A stretch of DNA of 63,628 nucleotides from a virus (taxonomy: Duplodnaviria > Caudoviricetes): IMG/VR virus record IMGVR_UViG_3300048554_000002, positions 1-63,628 of that record; one strand, 5' to 3'. The position numbers and the translations under genes are program-made. Positions 54,251 through 63,628 of this stretch are shown piece by piece (the stretch's first letter is position 1; each line of letters opens with the position of its first letter). The notes under the pieces are model-generated. The model was not told the origin of the DNA. It saw nothing but the letters and a program-made list of their open reading frames with translations, and did not search any database.

Positions 54251-56122
54251 TTAGTCCACACTAACATTTTGTAAATCTTCTACCGAACGTCCGCTACCCT
54301 TCAATATAAGGTCTTGTGCTATCGTTCTAGCAACTTCTTCTAACTCTAGCAGGCCACTTTTGTTTAACGCTGTGTTTACAATGAGCGTTATTCTAGCGTC
54401 TTCCGCTGCGATATTCTGGTCAATCTTCGCTAACTTCTCGACATCATCATCTCCCATTGCTTCAGCGCGTTGGATGTTTAAGTCTTGTAGCAATGCGGAG
54501 TTGTCTCTAGCGGTCTGAATGGCAGCATCCCGTTGCGCAGCAATATCACCTTGCACTTTATATGCAGCGGTTAAACGCGTCTGGTCCGCTAGGCGGTCAT
54601 TTTGTACCTTCTGCACTTCAATCTTCGCAAGGTCTGTTGTGTTCTGCATTTCTGCTTTTTGGGCGTCTAAAATACGGTCCGCATCTTTACCCACTTGCCG
54701 CATTTGTTCCGCAGTTAACGTGGTAGCACTTGCGATGGCAGCTCTTTCGTTTGCGTTGGCATCCGCAGCCATTTGATTTGCAAGCTGCAACCCTGCTCGA
54801 CCAAGAACAGAGTCATCCCCCATCTTAGCGCGTTCCATTTCAAACTCATCAAACAGGCGTTTTCTACGGTTGTTACGTGTCTCAGACATCGCAGCATACC
54901 CGCCACGCGCCGCAGCACCGATAGACCCCGTACCACCTGTACCGATTAAGAACGCGGTTAAGTCTTCGTCAGGACTGTAGTTTTCTTTGTCGAACGCTTG
55001 CATACGCTCTAACATCTCGTCGTACTTAGCACTTGTTTCGTCACGCTTCAGATACTCGTCTGATATATTCATACCCTTTCGCAGGGCGGCATCAGCAGAT
55101 GTTTCGTTTGTGGGTGACATAGCTGGACCAACTGGATTTACCGCACCGCCTGTTTGTGGGACGGTTAGAGATGGTAGCCCTCCTTCGTCTGGACTTGGTA
55201 CAGAGGGTGGTGCTTGATTTGGTAGGTTTGGTGCAGGCGCATCGGGTACAAGTGGAGGCATAGGTACTACAGAGGATGGTATATCTTCCGCATCATCAGG
55301 TCCGAGTGGCCTGTTTGCTTCTACTCGTGCGTCTATGTCTGTTGGACCTGCGCCTGTGCGAGACATAACTCTTTGTTCTGACGGTGATAGTAGGTCGATG
55401 TTTTGCCTAGCAGTTTCTGCTACATCCGCCCTAGCGGCCAAACCACCTGCTTCTTGCTGTGCCTTTATTCGCCGTGCAATGGCTTCGTCCGTAAGGCGTG
55501 TGGTTCTATTACGCCCTTGACCCAAACCTGTAGTAGGCATGTTAGCACGATAACGCGCTATTTCTTCTGGAGATACACCTAGTACATATCCGGGCCTAAC
55601 AACCCTATCCCCCTGCGCAAACGATACAATACCGCCGCCTGCCATCATCTTTGGCCCTTGAGCCATTCTAGCAGCGGCAAGCCCCTGTGCTTGAGGGGGT
55701 GCAGCTTGAGGTCGTCTAGGTTGCGCACCGCCGCCAAGGCCCGGAAGGCCCGCTATTCCTGCAGGTTTACGAGGCTGTGCCTTCGTCATGCGTTGCATGT
55801 TCTGCTGCTGCATCTTCTGCTTTTGATCCAACGTGCCCTTCGTACGTCCAGCTAGCTCTCCAAGCGTACCGCCCATCTCCTGTTTTGTTAGATTCAAGGC
55901 TTCTTGTTCGCGCTGTTGTGCTATAGTGCCCGGCTGCTGCTGCATCTTTAACTGCATATCTGCAGCTACGGCTTTCTTTTCAGACGTAAGTTTTTGCAAT
56001 GCCAGTAAGTCTAGGAGTTCCTTGTTGGCCCCGTAACGTTTCTGTAGCTGCTGTGGGTTGCCTCGGTAGGCATCCATGCGTTGTTCGATTTGTGCGTCTA
56101 AACCGCCGCCACCTAAAGCCAT
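54251..56122 (-). CDS. Internal virion/ejection protein
   Basis: 623 aa with Q/P-rich low complexity, coiled coils and MMAGGGIVSFAQG. Confidence 0.7.
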   Translation of the reverse strand: MALGGGGLDAQIEQRMDAYRGNPQQLQKRYGANKELLDLLALQKLTSEKKAVAADMQLKMQQQPGTIAQQREQEALNLTKQEMGGTLGELAGRTKGTLDQKQKMQQQNMQRMTKAQPRKPAGIAGLPGLGGGAQPRRPQAAPPQAQGLAAARMAQGPKMMAGGGIVSFAQGDRVVRPGYVLGVSPEEIARYRANMPTTGLGQGRNRTTRLTDEAIARRIKAQQEAGGLAARADVAETARQNIDLLSPSEQRVMSRTGAGPTDIDARVEANRPLGPDDAEDIPSSVVPMPPLVPDAPAPNLPNQAPPSVPSPDEGGLPSLTVPQTGGAVNPVGPAMSPTNETSADAALRKGMNISDEYLKRDETSAKYDEMLERMQAFDKENYSPDEDLTAFLIGTGGTGSIGAAARGGYAAMSETRNNRRKRLFDEFEMERAKMGDDSVLGRAGLQLANQMAADANANERAAIASATTLTAEQMRQVGKDADRILDAQKAEMQNTTDLAKIEVQKVQNDRLADQTRLTAAYKVQGDIAAQRDAAIQTARDNSALLQDLNIQRAEAMGDDDVEKLAKIDQNIAAEDARITLIVNTALNKSGLLELEEVARTIAQDLILKGSGRSVEDLQNVSVD

Positions 56123-56997
56123 TATGCGCTCTCCTCGCTAGAACTACCGCCGAATATTTGGTCGTATAGTGCTTTAATGCCGCCCGCCCCAGATAACACT
56201 TCTGATAGTGCGCTTGGTTCCGCGTAAGAATAAGTCTGTGCAGTTAGGGGTAACCCCTGCAACAAAGACTGCATATACTGCACCTGCTTGTACGGGAAGT
56301 CACGTTCTTCTTCAAACTGCAATCTGTCTGCTACGATACCTTCAGATTCAATCGCTCGCTGCGTAGCGCCCATATCTGCTAGATTTTGTAGTCCCTGCGT
56401 ACCGTACAGGTTAATCTTGTCCTGCGCGGTCATCCCACGGTCTTGTTCTACGTTGAACTGGTTAAGTGCTTGGGTGTACGCGTCTGCGTAGCCCGCACCT
56501 GTTATGCCTTGTAGCTGCTGCGCTAGATTACGGTTTGATTCTGCATCAAATAATGCCTGTGCTGATCCGCCGTAAGCCCCTGCAAACTTATTAGCGTTTT
56601 GTGCAGCCGTGATCCCTGCTTGCCGCCGTGCTTCCTCTAGTTGAGGGTCTAAAGACGCTTGTAGGTATGGGTTCATATACTGCTGGACTGCTGCGCCCGT
56701 GAACTGCTGTGGTTGATATCCTGCTGTACCCATCTGACTAGGATCAAACGCACTTGCTAACCCCGCTACACCTTGAAACGCTTGACTTTGTAGGTCAGAT
56801 GCACCCGCGGTAAGCGGACCCATATATGCGTTGTACCCCTCATTCGCCAGCGCTTGACCTTTGCCAAGCATTTCTGTGACGTATGGACCTACATAAGAAG
56901 AAAGAGAGGATTCTTTTCCCGTCATCTCACCTACAATATCCGATCCCCCTGTAAGCGGGTCGATTGGATTTGTTTGATTCGTTGTGGTTTCAACCAT
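56122..56997 (-). CDS. Internal virion/DNA-ejection protein
   Basis: 291 aa, Q/A/G-rich, with QYMNPY.Q and GAYGGS motifs. Confidence 0.7.
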   Translation of the reverse strand: MVETTTNQTNPIDPLTGGSDIVGEMTGKESSLSSYVGPYVTEMLGKGQALANEGYNAYMGPLTAGASDLQSQAFQGVAGLASAFDPSQMGTAGYQPQQFTGAAVQQYMNPYLQASLDPQLEEARRQAGITAAQNANKFAGAYGGSAQALFDAESNRNLAQQLQGITGAGYADAYTQALNQFNVEQDRGMTAQDKINLYGTQGLQNLADMGATQRAIESEGIVADRLQFEEERDFPYKQVQYMQSLLQGLPLTAQTYSYAEPSALSEVLSGAGGIKALYDQIFGGSSSEESA

Positions 56998-57005
56998 GGG
57001 TCACC

Positions 57006-57692
57006 TCACGCGGGTATAAATTTCTTAGGGTCTATCTCTTTACCCTGTTTATCGTTGCCTGTACGGGCTTTGCGTACACGACGCATCATGTCTTGTAATA
57101 CTTTAGCACCTGCATCGGAGTTACCGTTGCCTAGATGGCTTACAACATCCGCAGGAATAACAAACTCACCATCACTTAGTCGTGCTTCTTGCTTACCTTC
57201 AATGTTAGCAGGAACTTTGTCAGCCATTCCATCACTAGCACCATCAAGATATTTGCCTTCTTTTAACTGCGCAATACCCCCTGCAGCCATCCCTGTGGGT
57301 TCTTCCTGTACAGGTTCTGGAATACGTGGACCACCGGGTCTTCTACGTTCTTGTCGTGCAGGGTTAGCCGCGTTTAGTGCCGCCAAACCTTCCGCAGACA
57401 TTGGTGTTGCGGGAGCCTCGCCCTTTGGACGATATTGTGCCTGCGTAAAATACCGCTGCCCACCACTTCCGGGTCGTCTGTTAGGATCATACGTGCTAGG
57501 TACAGTTTCGCGCTGTACTTCGTACTCAGGAATATCGCCTTGGTAACCTGTTTGTGGGATGTTAGCTTGCCCAATACCAGACTGGTTTAGTAAGTAACCG
57601 CCTCCAAGACTTACAGCCGCACCAAGAAGATCAAGTTCCCCGTCTTCACCTGAAACAAGTCCTTTGAGTGCATTGTCTAACCAACTAGCCAT
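57006..57692 (-). CDS. Internal virion protein
   Basis: 228 aa with MAAGGI...G..DG.AD..PA..ARLSDGEFVIPADVV..LGNG. Confidence 0.7.
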   Translation of the reverse strand: MASWLDNALKGLVSGEDGELDLLGAAVSLGGGYLLNQSGIGQANIPQTGYQGDIPEYEVQRETVPSTYDPNRRPGSGGQRYFTQAQYRPKGEAPATPMSAEGLAALNAANPARQERRRPGGPRIPEPVQEEPTGMAAGGIAQLKEGKYLDGASDGMADKVPANIEGKQEARLSDGEFVIPADVVSHLGNGNSDAGAKVLQDMMRRVRKARTGNDKQGKEIDPKKFIPA

Positions 57693-60600
57693 TACATATC
57701 TCCAAGTATTCTTAGTAGCATATCATTTTCATCCTCAACCTGTCCACCCTCTGCAAAGCCACTAGCAAAAGCCAACGGACCCGCGGGATTATTTGCAGGT
57801 CGTGTAGTGGGCGCTCGTGCAGTTCCGTATGGACTTACAAACTTTTGTGCCTGTCCTTGGTCCCTGAAGATAGACTCAAAGCTGTAAGGTGTTATGTCCG
57901 CTAACGCATCAGGGGTTTTAACATCTACGCGTCTTCCGCCTATGTCCTCTGCTTGCATTAACATGTTTGCCAAATCATTTACGTTCTGTTGCTGCGTTTG
58001 CGTGTTAATTTTTGTGTCAATCTGGGTGTTCAGATCAGTAATCATATCGGTGATTGCGTCCGTATTTGCGTCTATCTCGCTGTATATACCTGTAGCGGGA
58101 GTGAACATGGACGTATCTGCAAGGGTAACATCTTCTTCACCCTGTAATGCTGTTTCTAACAGAGTTTGGTCATTTATGTCAATGATACCATCCCCAGTAA
58201 CATCATACTGCGTGATTAACTCCGCGCTGACATTTTCTTGCGCGATTAAGTCGATTACGAAGTCTATGTCTTCCTGTGTAACTTCTCGTGCAGGTTTACC
58301 AACAAGGTCTGCTACCGCGTCGATATCTGCACCAAGGCTGGCCTTTACGTCACCTATAGCAGTTGTAAAACTTTCCGTTAACTCGTCTTTAGTAGTACCA
58401 AGTTCTGCGAGTATGTTTGTTTCTGTGGTGCCCAGCGCGGCGGATAGTTCCGCAAGTGCGGCATCGACATCACCGTCATTCTTCTCAATTAATTCAGTTA
58501 GGCGTGTCTCTACGTCACCAATTTCCGTGGTTAAGCCTGCTACGTCCTCGGCAACATCCGCCACGTCCCCAGCAATACCTGCTACATCTTCTTTTACCTC
58601 TGCAACGTCCTCGGCTACAGCGTCTATTTCACCGCTAAGTTCTTCTTTTGTTAGCCCAAGCTGCTCCAACATAGCATCTTCAGTGAGGCCAAGGTCTTCA
58701 GTTAGTTTGTCAATCGCAGCTTGTAACGCCTCGTCGCGTGTAGCGCCTTCCTCTAACTCTTTGTATATCCCTGTAGCTTCTTTGGATTCATCTTCTGGTG
58801 TATTCGGGTTATCCTCAACGGACGGTGAACCCATAATAGACTTAATCACGTTAAACGTAGCAGTCGGCATATACGTGGTAAGCTGTTCACGTTGAAACGC
58901 CTCAAACCCTGCCGCGTCATAATCTTCGGACTCAGGATCAAACTGCCCTACAAACCGATCTACATCTTCTTGTGTTACATCTACAAGGCCCAACTCTTCG
59001 TAGGCTGCACGTACTTCACCAGCGTCAAAGAACCTTGGGTCTACAAACTCGTCGATGGCGGCTTTTTGTGTAGTCTGGTAGTTTTCGTCATTTACCTGCC
59101 CAGTAAACGCTGCAATATCTTCCTGTGACGGTTGATACCCGATAGCACTTAGGAACTCTTCTGCTTCTGCTGCGGTTACCTGCCGTGGGTCAACGTAGCC
59201 ACCGATAGCACTTGTCTGCGTTTCTTCTGTCTTAGAAGCCACAAACTGTGCGATTTCTTCTGGTGTTGCGGTATATCCTGTATCTGCAAAGAACTGTGTA
59301 GCTTCTTCTAGGGTGGTCGCTAACGGGTCGTATTCTGCACGCGCTTCCGATAGTTTTTCGGACGCGTAATTCTCCGCTACACCTTGACCTACATATGTGG
59401 CCGCTAGGGCGTCAGTTAGGGTAAGCCCTTCTTCATCGGCAATAGCCTGCACTTCTTCACGGGTAACCTGTCGTGGGTCTACATAAGACGCGATAAGTCC
59501 AGACTGTGTAGTTTCTTCAACCTGCGCAACAAACTGCTCGACCTGTTCATCTGTCGGTTCATATCCAAGATTTGTAAAGAACTCACGCGCTTCTTCCGCC
59601 GTGACCTGCCGTGGGTCTACGTAGGTTCCAACACCTGTTTCTGTAGTAGTCGCAAAGTCTTCTTCGCCTTGACCTACAAAATCTGCTACTTCTTCATCGG
59701 TAGCTTCATATCCTAGCGCATCAAACAATGCCTTGGCTTCGTCTGTGGTGACCTGCCGTGGGTCAACAAACTCTGCAATGGCGGCTTTTTGTTCTTCTTC
59801 AGTTTTAGACGCAACAAAGTCCGCAACCTGCTGGTCTGTAGGTGTGAACCCTTGAGCCTCAAAGAATTGTTTGGCTTCCGCAGTGGTAGTCGCTAGTGGG
59901 TCAAACTCGGCGGTAGCTGCAGCAAGTGTAGATTCTTGATCTTTTTGCCCAAGATACGTAGCGGCCAAGGCTTCTGTAAGTGTAAGTCCTTCTTGATCTG
60001 CAATGGCTTGTACTTCGGCTTGTGTGACGAATCGCGGGTCCACATAATCGGATATGGCTGTCTGCTGCTCACTTTCCGCTACTTGCGCAACAAAGTCTGC
60101 AACCTCTTCGTCGGTAGGCGTATACCCAAGGTCAGAGAAGAACTTGCGAGCTTCTGTATCAGTTACCTGTCGTGGGTCTACATACAGCGCCGTAGCGTCT
60201 TTCTTGTTAGTCTCGAAGTTTTCAGTGCCTTGCCCAACGTAGTTAGCGACTTCTTCATCTGTAGGTTCGTACCCTTGATCTTCAAAGAACTTACGGGCTT
60301 CTGCTTCGGTTACCTGTCGTGGGTCTACATAAGACGCGATGGCCTCTTTCTGGTCGGCATCTGGGGTTGCGCCCATATACGAAGTGATTTCTGCTTCTGT
60401 CGGTGTATAGCCTAAATCGTCAAAGAACTGTTCGGCTTCTGCGCGGGACGTACCTTGTGAATCGTACTCGGCTGATATTTCCGCAACGGCTGCGGCTTCG
60501 TCTTTCTGACCTACATATGCTTCCGCTTGCTCATCGGTAAGCGTTATACCCTCTGCAGCGGCGGCGGCTTTTACTTCGTCAGCGTCTAAGAATTTTGGGT

Positions 60601-63600
60601 CTATGTAAGATGCAACCGCAGCAGCTACATCAGATTCTGGTCTATTGGATACAAACGATTCTATTTCTGCATCTGTCGGCTCAAATCCGGGGTTTGCGTC
60701 CTTAAATATTTTGGCCGCTTCGTTCGTACTAACGTACATAGTGTCGTACGTGGAGTTGAGCACGTTGTTTAATATTACAGTGTCAGTAATACCTAAAGTG
60801 TTAAGCGCTGCTGTAGCGGCTTCGGCACTACCTGCGTTTTTAACAGTGTTTACCACCGTAGGGTTTAACGACATAAGCGCATCAGCTACCGCGTTGCCTG
60901 TATATAGCGTGCCCCCGACCCCGTAGCCAGAAACAGCACCCATAAATCCGTTTTCAAATACGGAACCCGCAACATCGTAGTTAGGGTCAATCTGTGAGTT
61001 TACCGTCGCCGTAAATAGTTGTGGTAAGGCTTCCTCTATAAACTCTGTTGAGCCTTCTTTTATGGCTACAGTACCACCGTCCTGTATCTTCTTACCTAGT
61101 TTTTGGAACGCGTCCCCGGCAAATTCACTGGCATTATCACCAAGGATGTTTTTAGCTAGTGCCGCACCACCAAACCCTGCACTGGCAGCGGTAGTAAATA
61201 GCGCAATAGTCCCTGCCTTTTGGGCGGTGTCCATGGCAAGATCGGTAGCCTCTTGTTCAGACATTCCTTGCGCTATAGCGTTTGCATATGTCTCATCGAA
61301 AGCTCCTGCAGCCGTACCGCCAAATGCTTCCGCTGCGTCTAAGGCTACCGCACTACCGACTGCGGCCTTTGTAGCAAATTTTTTCGCGTAGGCTTCCCCA
61401 CCCTGCAAGAGTGCAGCTTTCGCAACGTTGCCCACGCCCCCAGAGACTATAAGAATAGGTATTTCCTGCAAAATCTCACTAGCTACGTTTTCCGCAAGGA
61501 ATTGTACAGGATGTTCTGTTAGGTTGCCCCAAATTGACTGCGCTTTTAACCAACCCTTTTGCACTGTGCTGGGTTCTTTGCCGGGATTATTCTGTCGCCA
61601 TTCTTTGTCGTAATCCTGCGACCGTTTCTGCATATCTTCTGCGCCAGCTACCCACGCGTCAGAACGCAGGTCACCACTTAACGCTAGTAGATTTTTAGCA
61701 GTCTGCCCTACAGTGTTATTTGGGTTTGCGCCAACTAGAGTAGCCAATCCTGATATGGCCTGTAGCATTTCACCAGTTGCGCCAGTAACTACACTTGCAG
61801 CGTTACCAAAGGCTTCCTGTTGATCTTCAGGAGTTTCGTCTAAATATACTTGTTTTAGTTTGTTGTATACGCTCCAAAGCGTACCGCCTGTATCCTCGTC
61901 AAATTGCTTACCTTGGTTATCGTCTAACCCTGCGATAGTCGCTACTACGACTCCGCTTGCAGGGGGTAAGTTCTTTACAGATATTTGACCATCTTCAGTA
62001 AACGCGGTCATTTTGTCGTTACTGAGGTACGAAAACCCTTGTGGTACTTCTTTAAACGCAAGCGGTCCATATAACGCATTAAATGCAACGTCCACTACAT
62101 CAAGGTTTGGGTTTGCGGAACTAGCTACACTGCTTACGTTTGTTTCGCCTAGCTTTTCCTGTTTCGTAGATGGTAGCTCCCATGACAACTTTCCATCCGT
62201 ATTGACGAGCACCGCCCCACCGCTAGTCAGCGTACCAACATCAACACCTGCGCCGAACGTCACTGTGTCTAGCGTAGCTTCGGGTGGATTGTTTTTGAAA
62301 TCTGTAGCCGCAGCGTCTACTGCTGAAAGGCTTGGTTTATCAAACGCAGGGTCACCCGCACCGCCGTCAAAAGCATCTTTAAACGCGTTGCCAACATTAA
62401 CTATGTTATTAGTAGAATATCCATTCGCGCTTAGTAGGTCTTTTACTTCGTCTCCTGACATACCTGTAGTGTCGAGAAAAACGTTAGACCCATCGCTGTT
62501 TTTTGCGTCAAGTTTAATATACTCGCCTGACAAAAACACATTATAATCCTCTGTGGATTGGGGTATAAACCCTGCGTCTTTTAGCGATGTTGTTAGTTCA
62601 GGGGTCAGCGCAGCATCCGCAACCATAGTGTTGGCGAACTTATCTAAATCTAACCCTGTAATACTTGCGGCGTTCTTTATTTCTTTGTCTGCGTAAGCAA
62701 GATATTTAGCTAACTGGCCCGGTTCTAAGGAGGCAAGTGTCAGCCCTTTTGCAGCTAAAGCGTTTTCTACGGTAGATAATCTAATGGCGTCTAGGGTGGC
62801 GTCTGCTTCTGACTTGTTTGCTGGACCCTGCTGCCCATTAAGAAGAAAATGTTCTGCAACGTTGTCAACATCTTGGCCGAGGAACTCTTTGTATGCCTCT
62901 GCATCAAAATTTGGACGTAGGGACAGTGCCGCTGCAAGCGTAGCCTTATCATAAACAGGCTTCATAGCCGCGTCTAGGTCGTCTATGTCGGACATCATAG
63001 CTTTTGTTTTTGCAGTGTACGCGGCGTCTAGTTCAGGGATTTGCGCGGTATATGTGTCATAGTCTGTTTTATATTTGTCTAACGCAGGTTTAAGCGTATT
63101 GTCGTAGTCACTCTTAAACTGATCCGCAAAAGTTTGATATGCCCCCGCCGCAGAATTAAGGGCATCCACAGTAGCTTGTGTAGGGTTTTGATTATAGGCT
63201 TTAAGCGCGGCGTTATAAATACCTTCAAGCCGTTCTTGCTCTATTACTTTCTTTTGTATCGCAACTTGCGTGGCATTATAATTCTCCGCTGCTGATACAG
63301 CGTTTGCCGACGCTTCATTTAGTGCGTTTGCGGCTTCCTGAGTAGCACTGGATGCTCCTGTAACCTTGTCTATGGCGGCATCAACAGGGCGGTCTACAAT
63401 ATCTTTAAGCGCCTCCATCCCGTACTCATCCCACTTAGCAAAAAATGCGTCGGAACTTAGTTCAGGGTTGCCTTCCAAAGCTACAGTTGCAGCGTTGGTT
63501 AACGCATTGGTCATAACTATGGCTTGGCCTTCATCAAAACCAGCGTTCTCTTGCAAGAACTTATTCATGGTTTCGGACACGCCAGTGTATTTGCTAATTA

Positions 63601-63628
63601 TAGACGTAAATTGTGACGCGGAAACATC
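57692..63628 (-). CDS. 3' part of the giant (~2208 aa) internal virion/ejection protein with ~13 tandem 45-50 aa repeats
   Basis: Continues from 825. Acidic, with YVDPRQVT..EA..FF...GY.PT repeats and a hydrophobic central segment. Confidence 0.88.
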   Translation of the reverse strand, partial: DVSASQFTSIISKYTGVSETMNKFLQENAGFDEGQAIVMTNALTNAATVALEGNPELSSDAFFAKWDEYGMEALKDIVDRPVDAAIDKVTGASSATQEAANALNEASANAVSAAENYNATQVAIQKKVIEQERLEGIYNAALKAYNQNPTQATVDALNSAAGAYQTFADQFKSDYDNTLKPALDKYKTDYDTYTAQIPELDAAYTAKTKAMMSDIDDLDAAMKPVYDKATLAAALSLRPNFDAEAYKEFLGQDVDNVAEHFLLNGQQGPANKSEADATLDAIRLSTVENALAAKGLTLASLEPGQLAKYLAYADKEIKNAASITGLDLDKFANTMVADAALTPELTTSLKDAGFIPQSTEDYNVFLSGEYIKLDAKNSDGSNVFLDTTGMSGDEVKDLLSANGYSTNNIVNVGNAFKDAFDGGAGDPAFDKPSLSAVDAAATDFKNNPPEATLDTVTFGAGVDVGTLTSGGAVLVNTDGKLSWELPSTKQEKLGETNVSSVASSANPNLDVVDVAFNALYGPLAFKEVPQGFSYLSNDKMTAFTEDGQISVKNLPPASGVVVATIAGLDDNQGKQFDEDTGGTLWSVYNKLKQVYLDETPEDQQEAFGNAASVVTGATGEMLQAISGLATLVGANPNNTVGQTAKNLLALSGDLRSDAWVAGAEDMQKRSQDYDKEWRQNNPGKEPSTVQKGWLKAQSIWGNLTEHPVQFLAENVASEILQEIPILIVSGGVGNVAKAALLQGGEAYAKKFATKAAVGSAVALDAAEAFGGTAAGAFDETYANAIAQGMSEQEATDLAMDTAQKAGTIALFTTAASAGFGGAALAKNILGDNASEFAGDAFQKLGKKIQDGGTVAIKEGSTEFIEEALPQLFTATVNSQIDPNYDVAGSVFENGFMGAVSGYGVGGTLYTGNAVADALMSLNPTVVNTVKNAGSAEAATAALNTLGITDTVILNNVLNSTYDTMYVSTNEAAKIFKDANPGFEPTDAEIESFVSNRPESDVAAAVASYIDPKFLDADEVKAAAAAEGITLTDEQAEAYVGQKDEAAAVAEISAEYDSQGTSRAEAEQFFDDLGYTPTEAEITSYMGATPDADQKEAIASYVDPRQVTEAEARKFFEDQGYEPTDEEVANYVGQGTENFETNKKDATALYVDPRQVTDTEARKFFSDLGYTPTDEEVADFVAQVAESEQQTAISDYVDPRFVTQAEVQAIADQEGLTLTEALAATYLGQKDQESTLAAATAEFDPLATTTAEAKQFFEAQGFTPTDQQVADFVASKTEEEQKAAIAEFVDPRQVTTDEAKALFDALGYEATDEEVADFVGQGEEDFATTTETGVGTYVDPRQVTAEEAREFFTNLGYEPTDEQVEQFVAQVEETTQSGLIASYVDPRQVTREEVQAIADEEGLTLTDALAATYVGQGVAENYASEKLSEARAEYDPLATTLEEATQFFADTGYTATPEEIAQFVASKTEETQTSAIGGYVDPRQVTAAEAEEFLSAIGYQPSQEDIAAFTGQVNDENYQTTQKAAIDEFVDPRFFDAGEVRAAYEELGLVDVTQEDVDRFVGQFDPESEDYDAAGFEAFQREQLTTYMPTATFNVIKSIMGSPSVEDNPNTPEDESKEATGIYKELEEGATRDEALQAAIDKLTEDLGLTEDAMLEQLGLTKEELSGEIDAVAEDVAEVKEDVAGIAGDVADVAEDVAGLTTEIGDVETRLTELIEKNDGDVDAALAELSAALGTTETNILAELGTTKDELTESFTTAIGDVKASLGADIDAVADLVGKPAREVTQEDIDFVIDLIAQENVSAELITQYDVTGDGIIDINDQTLLETALQGEEDVTLADTSMFTPATGIYSEIDANTDAITDMITDLNTQIDTKINTQTQQQNVNDLANMLMQAEDIGGRRVDVKTPDALADITPYSFESIFRDQGQAQKFVSPYGTARAPTTRPANNPAGPLAFASGFAEGGQVEDENDMLLRILGDM
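63494..63628. repeat. Terminal direct repeat (copy of 1-135)
   Basis: 135 bp with one mismatch. Confidence 0.97.

Noticed and set aside
57894-58895. 333-aa plus-strand ORF and many similar antisense ORFs (e.g. 2-496, 12422-13207, 11374-11919)
   Set aside because: Ser/Thr-rich shadows of real minus-strand genes with biased codons, lacking RBS or motifs.
1-63628. tRNA, rRNA, IS elements, introns, inteins or DGR
   Set aside because: No cloverleaf or T-loop motifs in the few intergenic gaps. No transposase or reverse transcriptase ORF, and TerL, PolA and the helicase are uninterrupted and of normal size.

Overview
The window is an apparently complete, circular dsDNA tailed-phage genome of about 63,493 bp, probably a podovirus-like marine phage. 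Bases 1-135 repeat at 63494-63628, and one giant gene runs across the junction. Two transcription blocks diverge from about 26.2-26.6 kb and converge at about 47.6 kb. The minus strand carries morphogenesis and lysis genes: TerS, TerL, portal, GroES, scaffold, a Mu-gpT-like major capsid protein, small basic proteins, adaptor and nozzle, tail fibre, holins, M15 endolysin and four large ejection-type proteins. The plus strand carries early and replication genes: an AAA/vWA-peptidase module, VRR-NUC, PolA, a Cas4-like nuclease, SNF2 helicase, SSB and primase-helicase. The standout locus is 36555-38274. A stand-alone Cas7/RAMP-like gene is followed by a non-coding array of six 44-64 nt units. Each unit is opened by GGCGGTY and built from a strict 5-nt register of a conserved G(G/T/A)Y triplet plus a variable NN. 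Read as the first two bases of codons, the NN dinucleotides spell protein-like targets such as collagen-like QGATGATGAT. This suggests a non-CRISPR, gapped-code RNA-guided anti-phage system. A second unusual locus is an ACP + ketosynthase + GNAT-like trio placed directly before the giant ejection protein, which may be a virion-protein lipidation module. Also notable are 11 intergenic copies of an 18-bp palindrome, a probable Mu-gpT-DE-type RNA and a candidate origin. No integrase, tRNA or canonical CRISPR array was seen. All family assignments come from motif recognition by eye, with no database searches.
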